NCBI GenBank assembly: GCA_963674945.2
Contig: CAXXWQ010000001.1
Coordinates: forward strand, 288,001 to 352,000
From: an uncultured Desulfosarcina sp.
GTDB taxonomy: Bacteria > Desulfobacterota > Desulfobacteria > Desulfobacterales > Desulfosarcinaceae
Reading direction: 5' to 3'
DNA: 64,000 bases
Shown here piece after piece: positions 62,482 to 64,000 of this stretch. How positions within the stretch are numbered: the stretch's first letter is position 1; each line of letters begins with the position of its first letter. The position numbers and the translations under genes are program-made. The notes beneath the pieces were generated by a model. The model made no database searches. It had not been told where the DNA came from and saw only the letters and a program-made list of their open reading frames with translations.

Positions 62482-63092
62482 ATTGGCACATATTGGCGAG
62501 ATTGGCTATTTTTCATTCCCAACGCCCATGCGGCCTTATCGATGCTCGGTGGGCGGTATGATGCAAACTTTGCAAGCAAAGATTGCGGGTTATCATCAAC
62601 CAGTACGATGTCGCGGTGTCCTTTCTCAACAAAATTCTGATCCGTAACATGATCTAAAAATTCAGAAAATTTTTTGTAATATTGGCAAATATTTAAAAGT
62701 CCGCACGGCTTTTGATGTATCCCAAGCTGCGCCCAGGTCAGGACCTCAACAAATTCTTCAATGGTACCCAATCCTCCCGGCAGAGCGATGAAACCATCGG
62801 AAAGTTCCGCCATGAGGGCTTTACGTTCGTGCATCGATCCAACGATACGAAGATCATCCAGTTCTGTGAACGCAACCTCCTTTTCCGCTAACGCCTTGGG
62901 AATGACGCCAGTGACGTTGCCGCCCCTATCGAGCACAGCTTTGGCAATTTGCCCCATAAGGCCGACATTTCCGCCACCGTAGACGAGTCCTATGTTCTTA
63001 TCTGAAAGTGCATGACCCAGTTCTATTGCAGCTTCTAAATATTCCGGTTTCGCTCCGGGACTCGAACCGCAAAACACACAAATTTTTTCCAT
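62478..63092 (-). CDS. LOG-family nucleotide phosphoribohydrolase
   Basis: ICVFCGSS, LVYGGG.VGLMG, MHERKA, LPGGLGTIEE. Confidence 0.95.
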   Translation of the reverse strand: MEKICVFCGSSPGAKPEYLEAAIELGHALSDKNIGLVYGGGNVGLMGQIAKAVLDRGGNVTGVIPKALAEKEVAFTELDDLRIVGSMHERKALMAELSDGFIALPGGLGTIEEFVEVLTWAQLGIHQKPCGLLNICQYYKKFSEFLDHVTDQNFVEKGHRDIVLVDDNPQSLLAKFASYRPPSIDKAAWALGMKNSQSRQYVPI

Positions 63093-63272
63093 CAAAATCC
63101 TCAAAATTCACTATACGGGTAAACCATCGTATTCACTGTCCGGTCTTTATAATTCACGTCATTGTAGTCCCATAAGGGGACGATCGATAAACATCTTGTT
63201 CGCATTCCAAATAGGAAAAAACAGCTACTTTCCGCATGTCATCGTATTTAGGACAGCCGGCTCTATATCCCA

Positions 63273-64000
63273 CCTGAATCAGTGGCCTAATTTTTGCTGT
63301 TAGGATTGGCGCGGGGCGATTGCCTCACACACCATCATTTGTTGATAATTTTTCTCACTATTTTCAAATTTCGAAGGAATTTTGCTCCTGTTTCTCATTC
63401 TTTAGCCATAGCAAATCACCAAGCAAATGCCTGTAAAATTGTTCTTTTAAAAATTATAGCTACTTCATAGCGGAAAGCAAATTCAGACGAAGATAAATCC
63501 GATCCATCAGTTTGGAAAATGGATTGAGTTGGCCAAAGGATATGTACCATTTTCTACTTCTGGTTACTAATCGACCGGCCATATACATCAAGTCCTGCAT
63601 GACTGTCCGGATTCGACGCCGGGTAACTTTCTTCCGGCGTATACCGGGCAATTCAGTCGGATCACTCTCTTCGATGCTGATTTGTCCGATAATCCGTAGC
63701 ATGTTGTACGTCAGCATCGCCAAATGAAGAATCAAGCTATTGGTGGAAAAATGACCGCTCGGCAAGCGCTCCAGGCCCATGTCGGATTTGAGTTCGGAGT
63801 GAAACTGCTCGCTGGTACCGTGATCGTGATAAAGTCGAATCACCTCATCCGGTGGCAACTGTGCGAGGCTGCACCAATAGGTATCGATCTGATACTCGGG
63901 GAACAGCAGTACTTGGCCCTTTTTGGTATGCCTTTCGGTAACCTCAAAGATGATTGGGTAGCGCAATGGATTGCCGTTGATGTCTTCAATCGTCTTTCCG
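63273..64000 (-). mobile_element. IS1380-family element, second copy (right end, truncated by the window)
   Basis: Reverse complement of about 53219-53946; same transposase C-terminus (stop at 63460) and same right IR CCTGAATCAGTGGC. Confidence 0.92.

Noticed and set aside
63105..63272. Gene remnant interrupted by the second IS copy
   Set aside because: Minus-strand frames leaving the IS close within 40 codons and show no recognisable motif.
52291..64000. Composite transposon carrying 53947-63272
   Set aside because: Copy 1 has its own flanking duplication and interrupts a resident stop codon, and the cargo includes housekeeping rsmE.

Overview
GC-rich bacterial chromosome segment; gene content points to an anaerobic, completely oxidising sulfate reducer of the Desulfobacterales/Desulfosarcina type (inference). 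The core is a Wood-Ljungdahl carbonyl-branch cluster on the minus strand (acsV/RACo, acsD, cooS, acsB, acsC, acsE). Next to it lies a divergent pair of sigma-54 promoters. One drives a TSUP (TauE/SafE) transporter, two unknown membrane proteins and a PAS histidine kinase with a sigma-54 activator. The other drives an Fe-S/flavoprotein module with no catalytic subunit. Also present: a probable Sec-containing DUF1573 protein at the left edge, priA, upp, PduO, CooT, a TRAP transporter, an MCP, pyrG, eno, a frameshifted SBBP surface protein, the hcpR/hcp nitrosative-stress locus, a plant-HPR1-like dehydrogenase and rsmE. Two inverted IS1380 copies occur, one of which destroyed a stop codon, plus several families of small palindromic repeats. 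No rRNA, tRNA or CRISPR array was seen. All calls come from reading motifs by eye; no searches were run.
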